A stretch of DNA of 64,000 bases, taken from NCBI GenBank assembly GCA_965205655.1, contig CBDBIJ010000022.1, forward strand, positions 64,001 through 128,000, given 5' to 3'. Made by a program: the position numbers and the translations under genes. Source of the DNA: Candidatus Latescibacterota bacterium. Its GTDB lineage: Bacteria > Latescibacterota > UBA2968 > UBA8231. The stretch's first letter is position 1; every line of letters begins with the position of its first letter. Of the stretch, positions 1-10,029 are shown piece by piece. The notes beneath the pieces were generated by a model. That model was not told the DNA's origin, made no database searches, and saw only the letters and a program-made list of their open reading frames with translations.

Positions 1-1190
1 TTCAACGTTCTGTCGCTGTCGGCGCCGAGCGTGTACATGAGGCCGTTGCCCACGATGCCGCCTGCGTAGGCGCCGACGCTGATCATGCGAGCCCGGCCGA
101 GGGTATAATTCTCGTCCCCGCTGAAGCGGTATCCGAGTAGGGCCCCCACCGGCAGACCCACCATGGCGGACCCGACGTAGAGCCGCGGATGCTCGCCGTC
201 GTCCACCAGGTCGATCAGGGTCAGCGCGGCGCTGGCGCCCAGAAACCCGCCGAGCGTGATCAGATGCGCCCTCCCGCGGTTGATCGGCCGATCCCGCACC
301 AGGCGGGTCGCTACCATCGCCCCGGCGGGCACGCCGGCCATCGCCGACGCCAGGTATACCCGGGCCTCGGCGGAGTTGCTCAGGTTGCTGATGTCGATGG
401 CGTAGGGGATGGCCACCCCGTAAAGGCTTCCGACCCACATCCCGGTGCTGATCAGATCCGCCTCCCCCTTGCCGATCGACCTCTGCGAGCTGAGTCGGTA
501 CGCCAGGTAACCGCCGGCCGGGGTCATCGCCATCGACGACAGGGCGTACACCCTGACGCTGTCAACCTCGAACAGGGCCGGAATCCCCAGCCCGTAGAAC
601 GTGCCCGCATAGTTGCCCCACCGTACCAGCTTCGTGCGTCCGTAACCGAGGCGGTAGTCCTTCGTCGCGTTCAGCGCCCCCGCAAAGGAACCACCGGCGA
701 CCAGCAGCTCCACACCGGTTGCTGCACGTCCCTTGATGTCGATGAGGACGATCATCCCCGGTCCGTACAGCGCCAGCCCATACAGGAACACATCGGTGAC
801 CATCCGCAGGCGGCCCTCCTTCTCCGCCTCCGTCGACACATCCTTCCGGGCACCCGCACGGATGGCCGCGTCCTGCGACTCGATCTTGTCTCGCAGCTCC
901 CCGAGCTCGGTGTCGGATAGAGCGATCTGCTCGACAAACCTATCTTTGTCGCGCCGGTACGAGATCCTCAGCCAGTAATGCTTTCCCTTGCTCACGACCT
1001 CGGCGAGGAGGAAACCTCTGTACTCGGCGAACAGGTCGTATTTTGCCCGTTCCGCCGGGTCAATCTCGTACCCCACCGACTCGGTGATGGCGACGATTCT
1101 CTCCACCATCGGCTGCGCCTCAGAACGAGCGCACATCAGGCAAGAAAACAGGGCGCACCCGATCACCGACGTGCTATGCTTGCGAGTCAT
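1..1190 (-). CDS. Signal-peptide-bearing, glycine-rich multi-pass membrane protein with tandem repeats (runs off window start)
   Basis: Hand-translated open frame from ATG 1190 (GAGGAG upstream): MTRKHSTSVIGCALFSCLM..., then repeated hydrophobic units (GRTKLVRWGNYAGTFYG, GEADLISTGMWVGSLYG, GRAHLITLGGFLG, GRARMISVGAYAG). Absent from the ORF track because no stop lies in the window. Confidence 0.75.
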   Translation of the reverse strand, partial: MTRKHSTSVIGCALFSCLMCARSEAQPMVERIVAITESVGYEIDPAERAKYDLFAEYRGFLLAEVVSKGKHYWLRISYRRDKDRFVEQIALSDTELGELRDKIESQDAAIRAGARKDVSTEAEKEGRLRMVTDVFLYGLALYGPGMIVLIDIKGRAATGVELLVAGGSFAGALNATKDYRLGYGRTKLVRWGNYAGTFYGLGIPALFEVDSVRVYALSSMAMTPAGGYLAYRLSSQRSIGKGEADLISTGMWVGSLYGVAIPYAIDISNLSNSAEARVYLASAMAGVPAGAMVATRLVRDRPINRGRAHLITLGGFLGASAALTLIDLVDDGEHPRLYVGSAMVGLPVGALLGYRFSGDENYTLGRARMISVGAYAGGIVGNGLMYTLGADSDRTL

Positions 1191-1268
1191 CTCGACGGCA
1201 CTCCTCTACCTGAATGTCGTCACTTACGCTGAAACCGTCACCTGATGAGCAAAGGAGACCTCTGACAC

Positions 1269-1751
1269 ATGGACTGCCCCCGTTGCCTTGCAACTCTATA
1301 ACGCTGCGCCTGGCCGCACAGGAAGATTTCGAAGGAATCGTTCGCAAAGTCGCCGAAATCGGATACGTCGGAGTTGAGACTGCCGGTTTTCCGGGCACGA
1401 CGGTCGAAGCACTGGGGATCACTCGCATAGTCGCCGGCCTGGGGCCCGATCAGTTTGCGTCGATCGAACAGATCAAGGAATCCTGTGACAAGTTCAACGA
1501 AGCGTCCGCGAACTCTGCAGAAAAGGGCTTTACGTTCGGAATCCACAATCACTGGTGGGAGTTTCAGAAAGTCGAGGGTGACCTCGTTTTGAGGCACATG
1601 CTCGACCATCTGAGTTCGGACATCTTCTTCGAGGTTGACGTTTACTGGGCGCAGACCGTTGGAGCCGATCCGGCCGGCGCCATTGCCGAGCTTGGCGGCC
1701 GAGAAGAGCTTCGCATTCCTGACCGACAAAGGCTACGCGCGCGGTAGATAG
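1269..1751 (+). pseudogene. Sugar-phosphate isomerase/epimerase (xylose-isomerase-like TIM barrel) remnant
   Basis: AAAGGAG RBS. N-terminus (T)APVALQLYTLR is recovered with frameshifts. Core has GYVGVETAG, GIHNHWWEF and FFEVDVYWA. C-terminus EKSFAFLTDKGYARGR* is in another frame. The HxKD segment is missing. Confidence 0.75.
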
Positions 1752-1769
1752 GGAGGCTGCAGAGCAGGC

Positions 1770-2999
1770 CTATTCGAGCCGAAAGAAACTGCCCGCCATG
1801 TGTCGCGTGCCGCCGAAGTTGTTGCCGTCATCCTCCATGAAGTAATAGGCCGCGAAGATGCGTCCGTCATCCAGCTGGGTCGCCACCACGTAGCCCAGAT
1901 CCCAGTCGCTGGCGTCACCCCTGACGACGGCTTCGGCTGACCACGTCGCTCCGTCGTCCTCGCTCACTATGACGCCGATCCCTCCCGGAAGTTGCCTGCG
2001 GTCGAACACCACCGCGATCCGACCGTCCCGCAGCAAGAGCGGCCAGCACGAGCGGTAGCGCGGACCTGATTGGGCCCCCGACCAGATCGGCGCCCGGCTC
2101 AGCTTCGCCCACGGCGACTGTCCCCACCCGACCATCGATTTCGGCTCACTCCAGGTGTAGCCGCCGTCGTCGGAGTAGTTCATCTGCAGGCACGTGCGGA
2201 TGCCACCGTTGTTGAGCATGTAGCACTGGAGCCGGCCGGAAGGCAGGAGCAGGAAATCGGCGTACACCGGCCGGCCGTTCCCCGTCGGGTCGCGCGCTAC
2301 TTCACTCACGTAATTCCAGCTGAGGCCATCGTCTTCCGAACCGTAGGCGGCCACCACACTCTGCGGTTCCCCCTTGCCGCCGGCCGCTTTCCCGGAGTTT
2401 CTGTTGTCCGCCGTCACCGGCGTCAACACCGTTCCGTCGGAGAACTTGGCCAGGGGATAGACATCGGCGTGCATGTAGTTGTGTCCGCGCGGCGGCCGCA
2501 GCCGCGTTGGCACCTGCTCCCAGGTGCGGCCGCGATCGCCCGACCGCCAGGCGAAGCATTCCATGGTGGGCTCGCCGTCCTCGTTTTCCACACCCGTCTT
2601 CGGCCGGCCGAAGTAGATCGCCGCGTCGGCGCTGCTCAAATCGATCTCTTCGCGTGCTACCCCTGACTCGTCCGCCTTCCACAGCAACTTGCGGTGCTCC
2701 TCCAGCGGGCGGTTGAAGTCCCACACTACGACGTCGTTCTCGCGCTTCCAGGTCCTCCCGTGGTCGAGCGAGCGCTGCAGCAGTATCTGACAGCGGCTCT
2801 TGTAGCCCAGCGGGTCCCAGCCGTGCCTGATGTCCTCGCGGCTCTCGTAGGTCGACTGCGCGTGATGGTGGAGTACGGCGATCTCGCCATTGCCGAAATT
2901 GTAGATGCCGCACTGCCGCGGGTGGCCGCAGTAGCGGTCCTTGCTGTAGCAGAGCTTGATGTGATGTATATCCGTCAGTTCCGGTACATCGCGCTTCAT
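1770..2999 (-). CDS. BNR/Asp-box sialidase-like beta-propeller glycoside hydrolase
   Basis: Asp-box repeats SLDHGRTW, SGDRGRTW, SEDDGLSW, SDDGGYTW, SEDDGATW and C-terminal DLGY motif. Start placed at MKRDVP after GAGGAG. Confidence 0.85.
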   Translation of the reverse strand: MKRDVPELTDIHHIKLCYSKDRYCGHPRQCGIYNFGNGEIAVLHHHAQSTYESREDIRHGWDPLGYKSRCQILLQRSLDHGRTWKRENDVVVWDFNRPLEEHRKLLWKADESGVAREEIDLSSADAAIYFGRPKTGVENEDGEPTMECFAWRSGDRGRTWEQVPTRLRPPRGHNYMHADVYPLAKFSDGTVLTPVTADNRNSGKAAGGKGEPQSVVAAYGSEDDGLSWNYVSEVARDPTGNGRPVYADFLLLPSGRLQCYMLNNGGIRTCLQMNYSDDGGYTWSEPKSMVGWGQSPWAKLSRAPIWSGAQSGPRYRSCWPLLLRDGRIAVVFDRRQLPGGIGVIVSEDDGATWSAEAVVRGDASDWDLGYVVATQLDDGRIFAAYYFMEDDGNNFGGTRHMAGSFFRLE

Positions 3000-3060
3000 T
3001 GATCCATCTCTCCTCTTCGAGCTCAATGCACCGCCGGCTTGAGCCCTTCATGACTGACCA

Positions 3061-3657
3061 CTACTTCTTCTTCGTCAGGACTTGCTCCCCACCCGCATCG
3101 TCGGTGAGGGTCAGCACATCGCCGCTGATGGAATACCGCGTCGTGTTGCTCAGGCTAACGGTAACCGTATTGCCATCTGCGGACCAGAGACCCTCTTCGA
3201 AAACATCCCCCCATAGGTATGTGCCGTCGCTGCTGAACACGAGCCTGTCGCTGTCGCCGTCGACCCAGGTCACACCTGTGAGAGTGGCGGTATCTCCGTC
3301 AGTGGTGAAAGAATAGTCCGGAAGATCGGACCCACCGAGCGTGACCGTTGTAAATTCCAGCTCACCATCTGAGATCTCGTAGCGGTAACTTCCCCCTGGC
3401 AGTATCATGGTTAGCTTATCGCCGTCCACCGACCAGCTGCCTGTCGCCTGTATTCCGGATACGCCCGCTTTCAGGGTGCCATCGTCCTCGAAGGTGAATG
3501 TTATTTCACCTACATCCTCGTCCTGGACGGTCCAGGAGCCGAATAGTTGGTCGTCCAGATTGTCCGCTCCGGGCGCAGTTGGTTTGTCGTCGCCACACCC
3601 GGCCAGAGCGACCGCCCCAGCGCAAAAAGCCGCACCAACTGCGAAGGATCTTCGCAT
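3061..3657 (-). CDS. Lipoprotein with two lipocalin-like beta-rich repeats
   Basis: AGGAGG RBS, lipobox LAGC, repeated G-x-W ... F-x-x-DGT ... G-x-WS-x-DG-x-x-L/V-T units. Confidence 0.75.
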   Translation of the reverse strand: MRRSFAVGAAFCAGAVALAGCGDDKPTAPGADNLDDQLFGSWTVQDEDVGEITFTFEDDGTLKAGVSGIQATGSWSVDGDKLTMILPGGSYRYEISDGELEFTTVTLGGSDLPDYSFTTDGDTATLTGVTWVDGDSDRLVFSSDGTYLWGDVFEEGLWSADGNTVTVSLSNTTRYSISGDVLTLTDDAGGEQVLTKKK

Positions 3658-3810
3658 GACTGAATCCTCCTTTCTCATCTTAACCTCGGTGCAACAACAC
3701 ATGCCTGCAAAGTCCGCATGCGTCCTACAATACCGGGGTTTTGGCAATCTGTGCCCATTCCCTACCTTCTCGCCTTCACGCGCCTATTTCTTAATTCTTA
3801 ATCGAAACCC

Positions 3811-5999
3811 GTGACCTCCACGACCGACACCGCTGCCGATCGCAGAAAGCTCGGCGCCTTCATCGGCGTCTTCACGCCCTCGATTCTGACCATCCTCGGC
3901 GTCATCATGTACCTGCGCGCCGGTTGGGTAATAGGCAACGCCGGGCTGCTGCCCACCTTTGGCATCGTCGCCCTGGCCAACGCCATCACCTTCGTCACCG
4001 CCCTTTCTATCTCCGCCGTCGCCACCAACATGCGGATCGGCCTGGGCGGTCCCTACTACATCATCTCCCGCAGCCTCGGGCTGGAGATTGGGGGCGCTAT
4101 CGGGCTTCCCCTGTACCTGTCGCAGATCCTCTCTGTGACACTCTACAGCTTCGGGTTTGCGGAATCACTGCGGTTCGTGTGGCCGGAAGTTCCCGTCCAG
4201 CCCGTCGCCGTGGCGACCATCATTGTCGTCACGCTCATCTCGATTCGCGGTGCCGCCCTGGCGCTGAAGCTTCAGCTGCCGATCATGCTCGCTGTCGGTC
4301 TCTCGCTCCTGTCACTGGCGGCAGGAGCTTCCTTCGAGCACAAGGTTCCCGTCTTCTGGAGTGACTACGCCGGCAGCGACGGGTTCTGGGACGTATTCGC
4401 CGTGTTCTTTCCCGCCGTTACCGGTATCATGGCGGGAGTGGCCCTTTCCGGCGACCTGCGCGACCCGCAGAAGGCTATCCCGAGGGGCACACTCGCCGCT
4501 GTCGGGGTAGGCTTCGTCGTTTACCTGGCCGTGCCCGTCATTCTCGCCTTCAATGCCACGCCAGATGCGCTGCTCTCAGACAGCCTCGTCTGGACTGAGG
4601 TCGCGGTGGTGCCCGCCCTGGTCCTGCCCCGGTCTGTGGGGGGCGATCATCTCATCGGCGATGGGCAGCATCCTGGGAGGGCCGCGCACACTTCAAGCCC
4701 TGGCGCAAGACCGAATCGCACCGCGATTCTTCGGACGCCGTCGGCTCAAGACGGGAGAGTCCGCCGTATCCATCGCCGTGTCTGCCGCTATCGCCGTGGC
4801 CGCGGTGCTCCTGGGTGGGCTCAACGCCGTCGCCATGCTGGTGACCATGTTCTTCCTCACCACCTACGGCATGGCGAACCTCGTCGCCGGGCTCGAAAAG
4901 CTCGTCGCCGATCCGTCCTACCGGCCCAGTCTCAAAGTGCCGGGGGCCGTGTCTCTGGCAGGGGCGGTAGCCTGCTTCTGGGTCATGTTCGTCATCAGCG
5001 CTCCGGGATGTGTTATCGCCATTGCCGTCGAGCTGGGGGTGTGGGGATGGCTCAAACGGCGGTGAGTGCGCAGCACCTGGGGCGACATGCGCCGAGGGCT
5101 GTGGATGACGCTGACGCGCTATGCCCTCGTCCAGCTGCGCTCTCTGCCTGAGAACCCGCGCAACTGGCGCCCGCACCTGCTGCTCTTGGCCGGAGATCTG
5201 CAGAAGCGCATCGGCCTGCTCCGCTTTGCCTCGTGGCTCAACCAGGAGCGCGGCATCATGACGGTGTGCAACCTGGTAGTTGCTGACCGCGGCGGCGAAG
5301 AGAATCCGCCGGTACTCGAACAGGAAGAGGAGATGAGCGCCTTCCTCGAAGAGCGCGGCGTCATGGCGTTCAGCGAAGTCAACGTCGTCGACACTTTCGA
5401 GTCGGGCGTCGTGCACCTGGCGCAGGCCAACGGAATCGGCGGCGTGCGTTGCAACACCTTGATGCTCGGGTGGACGGAAGATCCCCAGCGCATGGCCGCC
5501 TACTTCCGTATCATGCGCCGCGTGCGCCAGCTGCGCGGCCTGTCGATCATCATCTGCCGTCTGGAAGCGCGCAGCACCTTCGAGTGGAAGGAGCGGATTG
5601 ATATCTGGTGGAGGGGCAGGCAGTCGAACGGCGACCTCATGCTGATGCTGGCCTATCTGCTGTCTCTCAACCCGGAGTGGGACGGCACCTCGATTACGGT
5701 CAAGAGTGTCGCCAGCAGCGAGACGGCCCGCGACGGGAATCGAGAAGGATCTCGAGAAGCTCATACCGAGATCCCGCATTCCCGCCGAAAGTCAGGTTAT
5801 TCTCAAACCGTCCGATCAGACTGTGGCGCAGGTCATGCACGAACATTCGGCAGAGGCCGAATTGGTATTCATGGGCCTGCTCGAGCCCGACCCCGGCACC
5901 GAAGTCGATTACGCCAAACGCCTGCTGGAGATATCCGAGGGATTCCCCAGCGTCGTACTCGTGCGCAACGCGGGCGAGTTTGTGGGCCAGCTCGTGTGA
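3811..5999 (+). pseudogene. APC-superfamily / SLC12 cation-chloride cotransporter-like permease, disrupted
   Basis: GVFTPSILTILGVIMYLR, GGPYYIISRSLGLEIGG, FAVFFPAVTGIMAG, SGDLRDP and NWRPHLL motifs spread over four ORFs. Frameshifts near 4630 and 5735, in-frame TGA at 5063-5065. Confidence 0.85.
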
Positions 6000-6035
6000 G
6001 AGGCGCGTCCTCGCGCGCGTTCAGCCGACGCCCCG

Positions 6036-7178
6036 TCAGCTGGGGTTCCAGACCCTCTCGAATAGATTCAGCCAGTTCCCGCCGAGCAGCTTGACCATAT
6101 CCTCCGCCCCGTACCCCCGCTTCATCAGCGCATCGGCCAGGTTCGGAAACTCCGCCGGACTGTCGATCCCCTTCGGTTGAAAACTGAGCTCGGTGTAACG
6201 CACCGTCGGGTCGGCGAATGTCGATGGGTACTTCGTTCCCTGCTGGGATGTGATATAGTGCCAGAACTCAAGCGGTTGATCGTGCGTCGAATCGGTGCCG
6301 ATGGCCACGTGATCGATGCCGATCCGCTGCACCATGTCGTCGATGGCGTCGACGAAGTCCTCCACTGTCGAATCGAACCCTTTGGGCAGAAAGCTGGCGA
6401 ATGACGTCGCTCCCACGAGGCCGCCTTTTTCGGCCACAAGCCTCAGCGCATCCTCTTCTTTGTTGCGCGGATGGTCGCAGAAGCTGCGCGCGTTGGCATG
6501 CGTAATGGCTACCGGCTGCTCCGACAGTTCGGTCGCATCCATCGTCGTCTTCGGGCCCACGTGCGACAGATCGATCACAATGCCCAGCTGATTCATCTCG
6601 CGCACTGCGTCGACGCCGAAGTTGGTCAGGCCGCAGTCGTTGCGCTCCCAGCAGCCGCTGCCGAGCAGGTTGCACTCGTGGTAGGTCAGCTGAATGACAC
6701 GCACCCCTAGTGTGCTGTCGCAGAGATTACTTTAATAAGTTTGTAGGCCCTGAGGCTGCACGTTCTCTCTGGTAAGCCGACGGGCCAAACCGCTTTGAGG
6801 CTCGATACTAATGCAACAAATTTCCGCGACGCCACACTAGCGTGTGGAATATTCCCAGTCTATCGAGCTCGTTCTCTATCGGGAGGCGTTCTGAAAGCTG
6901 AGAACGATCCCGGTCTTGTCCGCCTGCTTCGCGGTCCGAATATCCGCCGTTTCCTTCACCTGCAGTATGTCACCGCGTTGGCGAAAACGCCGCATCCACA
7001 CCGACAGGTGTGCCATCGTCTGCACGAAATTCTCCCACGTCGCGACTGTGGCACTGATGGCGGTGATGTTGCCGGCCCGCAACCGCTCGAACACGGCGTC
7101 GCTCTCCCAGTTGCTGACGCTCAGTCCATCGATGACGACTGCCTCGTCGTAGATCTTTCTCGCTTCACTCGGCATCAT
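6036..7178 (-). pseudogene. Membrane dipeptidase (peptidase M19) interrupted by a MITE
   Basis: VIDG, GVRVIQLTY, IDLSHVG, ITHAN, HPRNK and IGTD motifs. Removing the insert and restoring one C near 6882 gives QNASPIENELDRLGIFHTLGVRVIQLTY. Confidence 0.9.
6707..6840. mobile_element. MITE (126 bp between CTAG copies), probably IS630-family derived
   Basis: CTAG at 6707-6710 and 6837-6840. Imperfect terminal inverted repeats TGTGCTGTCGCAGAGATT / TGTGGCGTCGCGGAAATT. More AT-rich than the host gene. No transposase. Confidence 0.85.
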
Positions 7179-7380
7179 CTTTACTCCTTGCTACGGAATG
7201 CGCTCGTCCGGGTGGGTGATCGTTATGAGAAGACCGGTCGGAAGGCTTCAATGCGGGCGCTGCAGCAGATATACATCATGTTGCAGGAGTTCTCCTTCTC
7301 GACAAATCGCCGGCCCGGAGCCATACTAAGCGGCCTTATCTCGTATCTCTGACCGCCGATCTCGGCCCGATGGCGAATCC

Positions 7381-8571
7381 ATGAAGATAACATCCGTCAA
7401 AACCTATCCGTTCTCCGTACCGACCGGCCAGGAAACTCGTGATCCTGGAACCGGCGAGTTGATTTGCAGCACTCACAAGAGCTGGCTCTTTCTGAAGCTG
7501 GAAACGGATGCCGGAATCAGCGGCTGGGGCGAAGGCAGCGGCGAGTGGCTCGTAGCGCCCGTCGAGACGCAGCTGCTGGAGCTCGTTCCGCTCTTGCTCG
7601 ACCGGGATCCGACTCAGGTGGAGGTGCTGACCGACGACATTTGCAACTTCGCCCCATGGAAAGGCGGGCCCATTATCGGCACCGCTGTGGCCGCCATCAA
7701 TATGGCGTTGTACGACATTGCCGGTAAGGCCTGGGGCGTGCCCGTGCACACGATTCTTGGCGGCAAGCGCCGCGACCGCATTCAAGTCTACGGCAGCGGC
7801 GGACTCGTCGAAAGCTCGCCGGACGAGGCGGCGGAGACCGCAAAACGGCATATTGCGAAAGGCTACGCCGGCGTTAAGGGCAATCCTCTCGAATCGCGGC
7901 GCGCGCCTATGGATATGGCGGCAATCGATCGCAGCCTCGAGTGTATCGCCGCGGTGCGGGAAGCGATTGGACCCGAGGCGGCGATCCTGCTCGACACCCA
8001 CGGGAGCCCTACCCCTGAACTGAGCATCGAGTTCGCGCGACGCATCGCCCCCTACTCCCCGATGTTTCTCGAAGCACCGGTCAAGGTCGGGTCCGTCGAT
8101 GCCCTCGTGGACGTCACCCGGCGCAGCCCGGTCCCTGTTGCGACAGGTGAGCAGTTGTTTGCCGTCAGGGAATTCGAAGAGCTGATCGAGCGTCGCGCCT
8201 GCGCCTTTCTGCAGCCGGACATCACGCACTGTTTCGGCATCACCGCCTTTCGCGAGATTGCGCAGAGAGCGGGTCGACAGCAGATGCTGATGGCACCGCA
8301 CAATGTGGCGGGCCCGGTTGGAAACGCGGCAGCTTACCATGCGTGTGCGGCCACCCCCAATTTTCTGATTCTGGAAATGAACCCGGCGTATTTCGACAGG
8401 TTCGACACCTATGCCGAACACGACTGGCGCATTGAGGATGGCTACATAAACGTCAGTGACCGCCCGGGCCTGGGGCTCGAAGTGAAGGAAGCGGACATCG
8501 CCAAACTCCCGTTCCAGCCGATGGCGTTCCGTCAGTACCGCCATGCCGACGGCAGCTGGAAGGGGTGGTGA
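7381..8571 (+). CDS. Mandelate racemase/muconate lactonizing enzyme family (galactonate dehydratase-like)
   Basis: GWGEG, INMALYDIAGKAWGVPVHTILGG, LLDTHG, FLEAP, ATGEQ, LQPD, APHN, RPGLG. Confidence 0.92.
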   Translation: MKITSVKTYPFSVPTGQETRDPGTGELICSTHKSWLFLKLETDAGISGWGEGSGEWLVAPVETQLLELVPLLLDRDPTQVEVLTDDICNFAPWKGGPIIGTAVAAINMALYDIAGKAWGVPVHTILGGKRRDRIQVYGSGGLVESSPDEAAETAKRHIAKGYAGVKGNPLESRRAPMDMAAIDRSLECIAAVREAIGPEAAILLDTHGSPTPELSIEFARRIAPYSPMFLEAPVKVGSVDALVDVTRRSPVPVATGEQLFAVREFEELIERRACAFLQPDITHCFGITAFREIAQRAGRQQMLMAPHNVAGPVGNAAAYHACAATPNFLILEMNPAYFDRFDTYAEHDWRIEDGYINVSDRPGLGLEVKEADIAKLPFQPMAFRQYRHADGSWKGW

Positions 8572-8601
8572 AACAACCACAAACCCGATGGTTTCCCACC
8601 T

Positions 8602-10029
8602 ATGACATCCGGCTTCGAACGGGCGATCGACACTGTTTCGCGCATCAGGAGCAAAGACGTCAGCGCGGGAGAGATCCTGGAGGAGCATCTCTCTCGGATC
8701 AGCCGGGTCAATCCCGAGGTCAACGCCATCGTGACCTTGACGGCCGAACAGGCGATGGCCGATGCCGACGCGGCCGACGAGGCGATTGCCAGGGGTGAGC
8801 CACTGGGCCCTCTCCACGGCCTGCCGGTCGCCCACAAAGATCTCGTCCCCACCAAAGGCGTTCGCACCACCCTCGGCTCACCGATCTACGCGGACGACAT
8901 CCCCGACCACGACGGCCTCATCGTCGAGCGCATCAAGCGGGCCGGGGCCATTACCGTCGGCAAGACGAACACCCCGGAATTCGGCGCGGGATCACAAACC
9001 TTCAACGAAGTCTTCGGCGAAACCAGGAATCCCTACGATCTGTCGAAAACCTGCGGCGGCAGCAGCGGCGGAGCAGCCGTGGCGCTCGCCTGCGACATGG
9101 TGCCGATTGCCGATGGCAGCGACCTCGGCGGTTCCCTCAGAAACCCGGCGAATTTCTGCAACGTCGTCGGCTTTCGCCCCTCGCCGGGACGGGTTCCGAT
9201 ATGGCCGGCCATCGCAGCATGGTTTCCACTGTCGGTCCAGGGACCAATGGCCCGCACGGTGGAGGACGCGGCCCTCCTGCTCAGCGCCATCGCCGGACCC
9301 GATCCGCGGTCTCCCATCTCGATCGAGGAATCGGGAGATCGGTTCCGCGAACCGCTCGACCGCAATTTCAATGGAACGCGCGTCGCCTGGAGCCGCGACC
9401 TTGGCGGGCTACCGATCGATCCTCGCGTCACCGAGACGATCGAGGCGCAGCGTCACGTCTTTGAGGGGCTGGGGCTCGACATCCAGGACGGCGAGCCGGA
9501 TTTCAGCGGCGCCGACGAAGCGTTCCGGGCCTGGCGGGCGTGGCGCTTCGAGCTCGCCCACGGCGATCTACTCGACGAGCACCGGGACCAGATAAAGGAC
9601 ACGGTCATCTGGAACGTCGAGGCGGGCCAGAAACTGACCGGTCACGACATTTCACGGGCCGAACAGAAGCGCACCGAGCTCTATCATCGCCTGCGCGAAT
9701 ACATGGACACCTGCGAGTTTCTGATCTGTCCCGTCAGCCAGGTTCCCCCATTCGACATCGACAAGCGCTACGTCACCGAGATCGACGGGGTTCAGCTCGA
9801 AACCTACATCGACTGGATGAAGTCATGCTACTACATCTCGGTGACCGGACACCCGGCGATTTCCGTTCCCTGTGGTTTCACATCGGACGGCCTTCCCGTA
9901 GGCGTTCAGATCGTCGGCCGTCACCACGACGACTTCGGCGTCCTCCAGCTCGCCTACGCCTTTCAGGAAGCGACTGGATTCTGGAAGCAGCGTCCTCCCG
10001 TTGCCCAACTCCCCCCTGTCGCCAACTAA
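8602..10029 (+). CDS. Amidase signature family enzyme
   Basis: LHGLPVAHKD, GKTNTPEFG, GGSSGG, GSDLGGSLRNPA (Lys/cis-Ser/Ser triad motifs). Confidence 0.95.
   Translation: MTSGFERAIDTVSRIRSKDVSAGEILEEHLSRISRVNPEVNAIVTLTAEQAMADADAADEAIARGEPLGPLHGLPVAHKDLVPTKGVRTTLGSPIYADDIPDHDGLIVERIKRAGAITVGKTNTPEFGAGSQTFNEVFGETRNPYDLSKTCGGSSGGAAVALACDMVPIADGSDLGGSLRNPANFCNVVGFRPSPGRVPIWPAIAAWFPLSVQGPMARTVEDAALLLSAIAGPDPRSPISIEESGDRFREPLDRNFNGTRVAWSRDLGGLPIDPRVTETIEAQRHVFEGLGLDIQDGEPDFSGADEAFRAWRAWRFELAHGDLLDEHRDQIKDTVIWNVEAGQKLTGHDISRAEQKRTELYHRLREYMDTCEFLICPVSQVPPFDIDKRYVTEIDGVQLETYIDWMKSCYYISVTGHPAISVPCGFTSDGLPVGVQIVGRHHDDFGVLQLAYAFQEATGFWKQRPPVAQLPPVAN

Noticed and set aside
5063..5065. In-frame TGA as selenocysteine or genetic-code reassignment
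   Set aside because: It is not at a catalytic Cys position, the gene has other lesions, and TGA is the common stop throughout the window.
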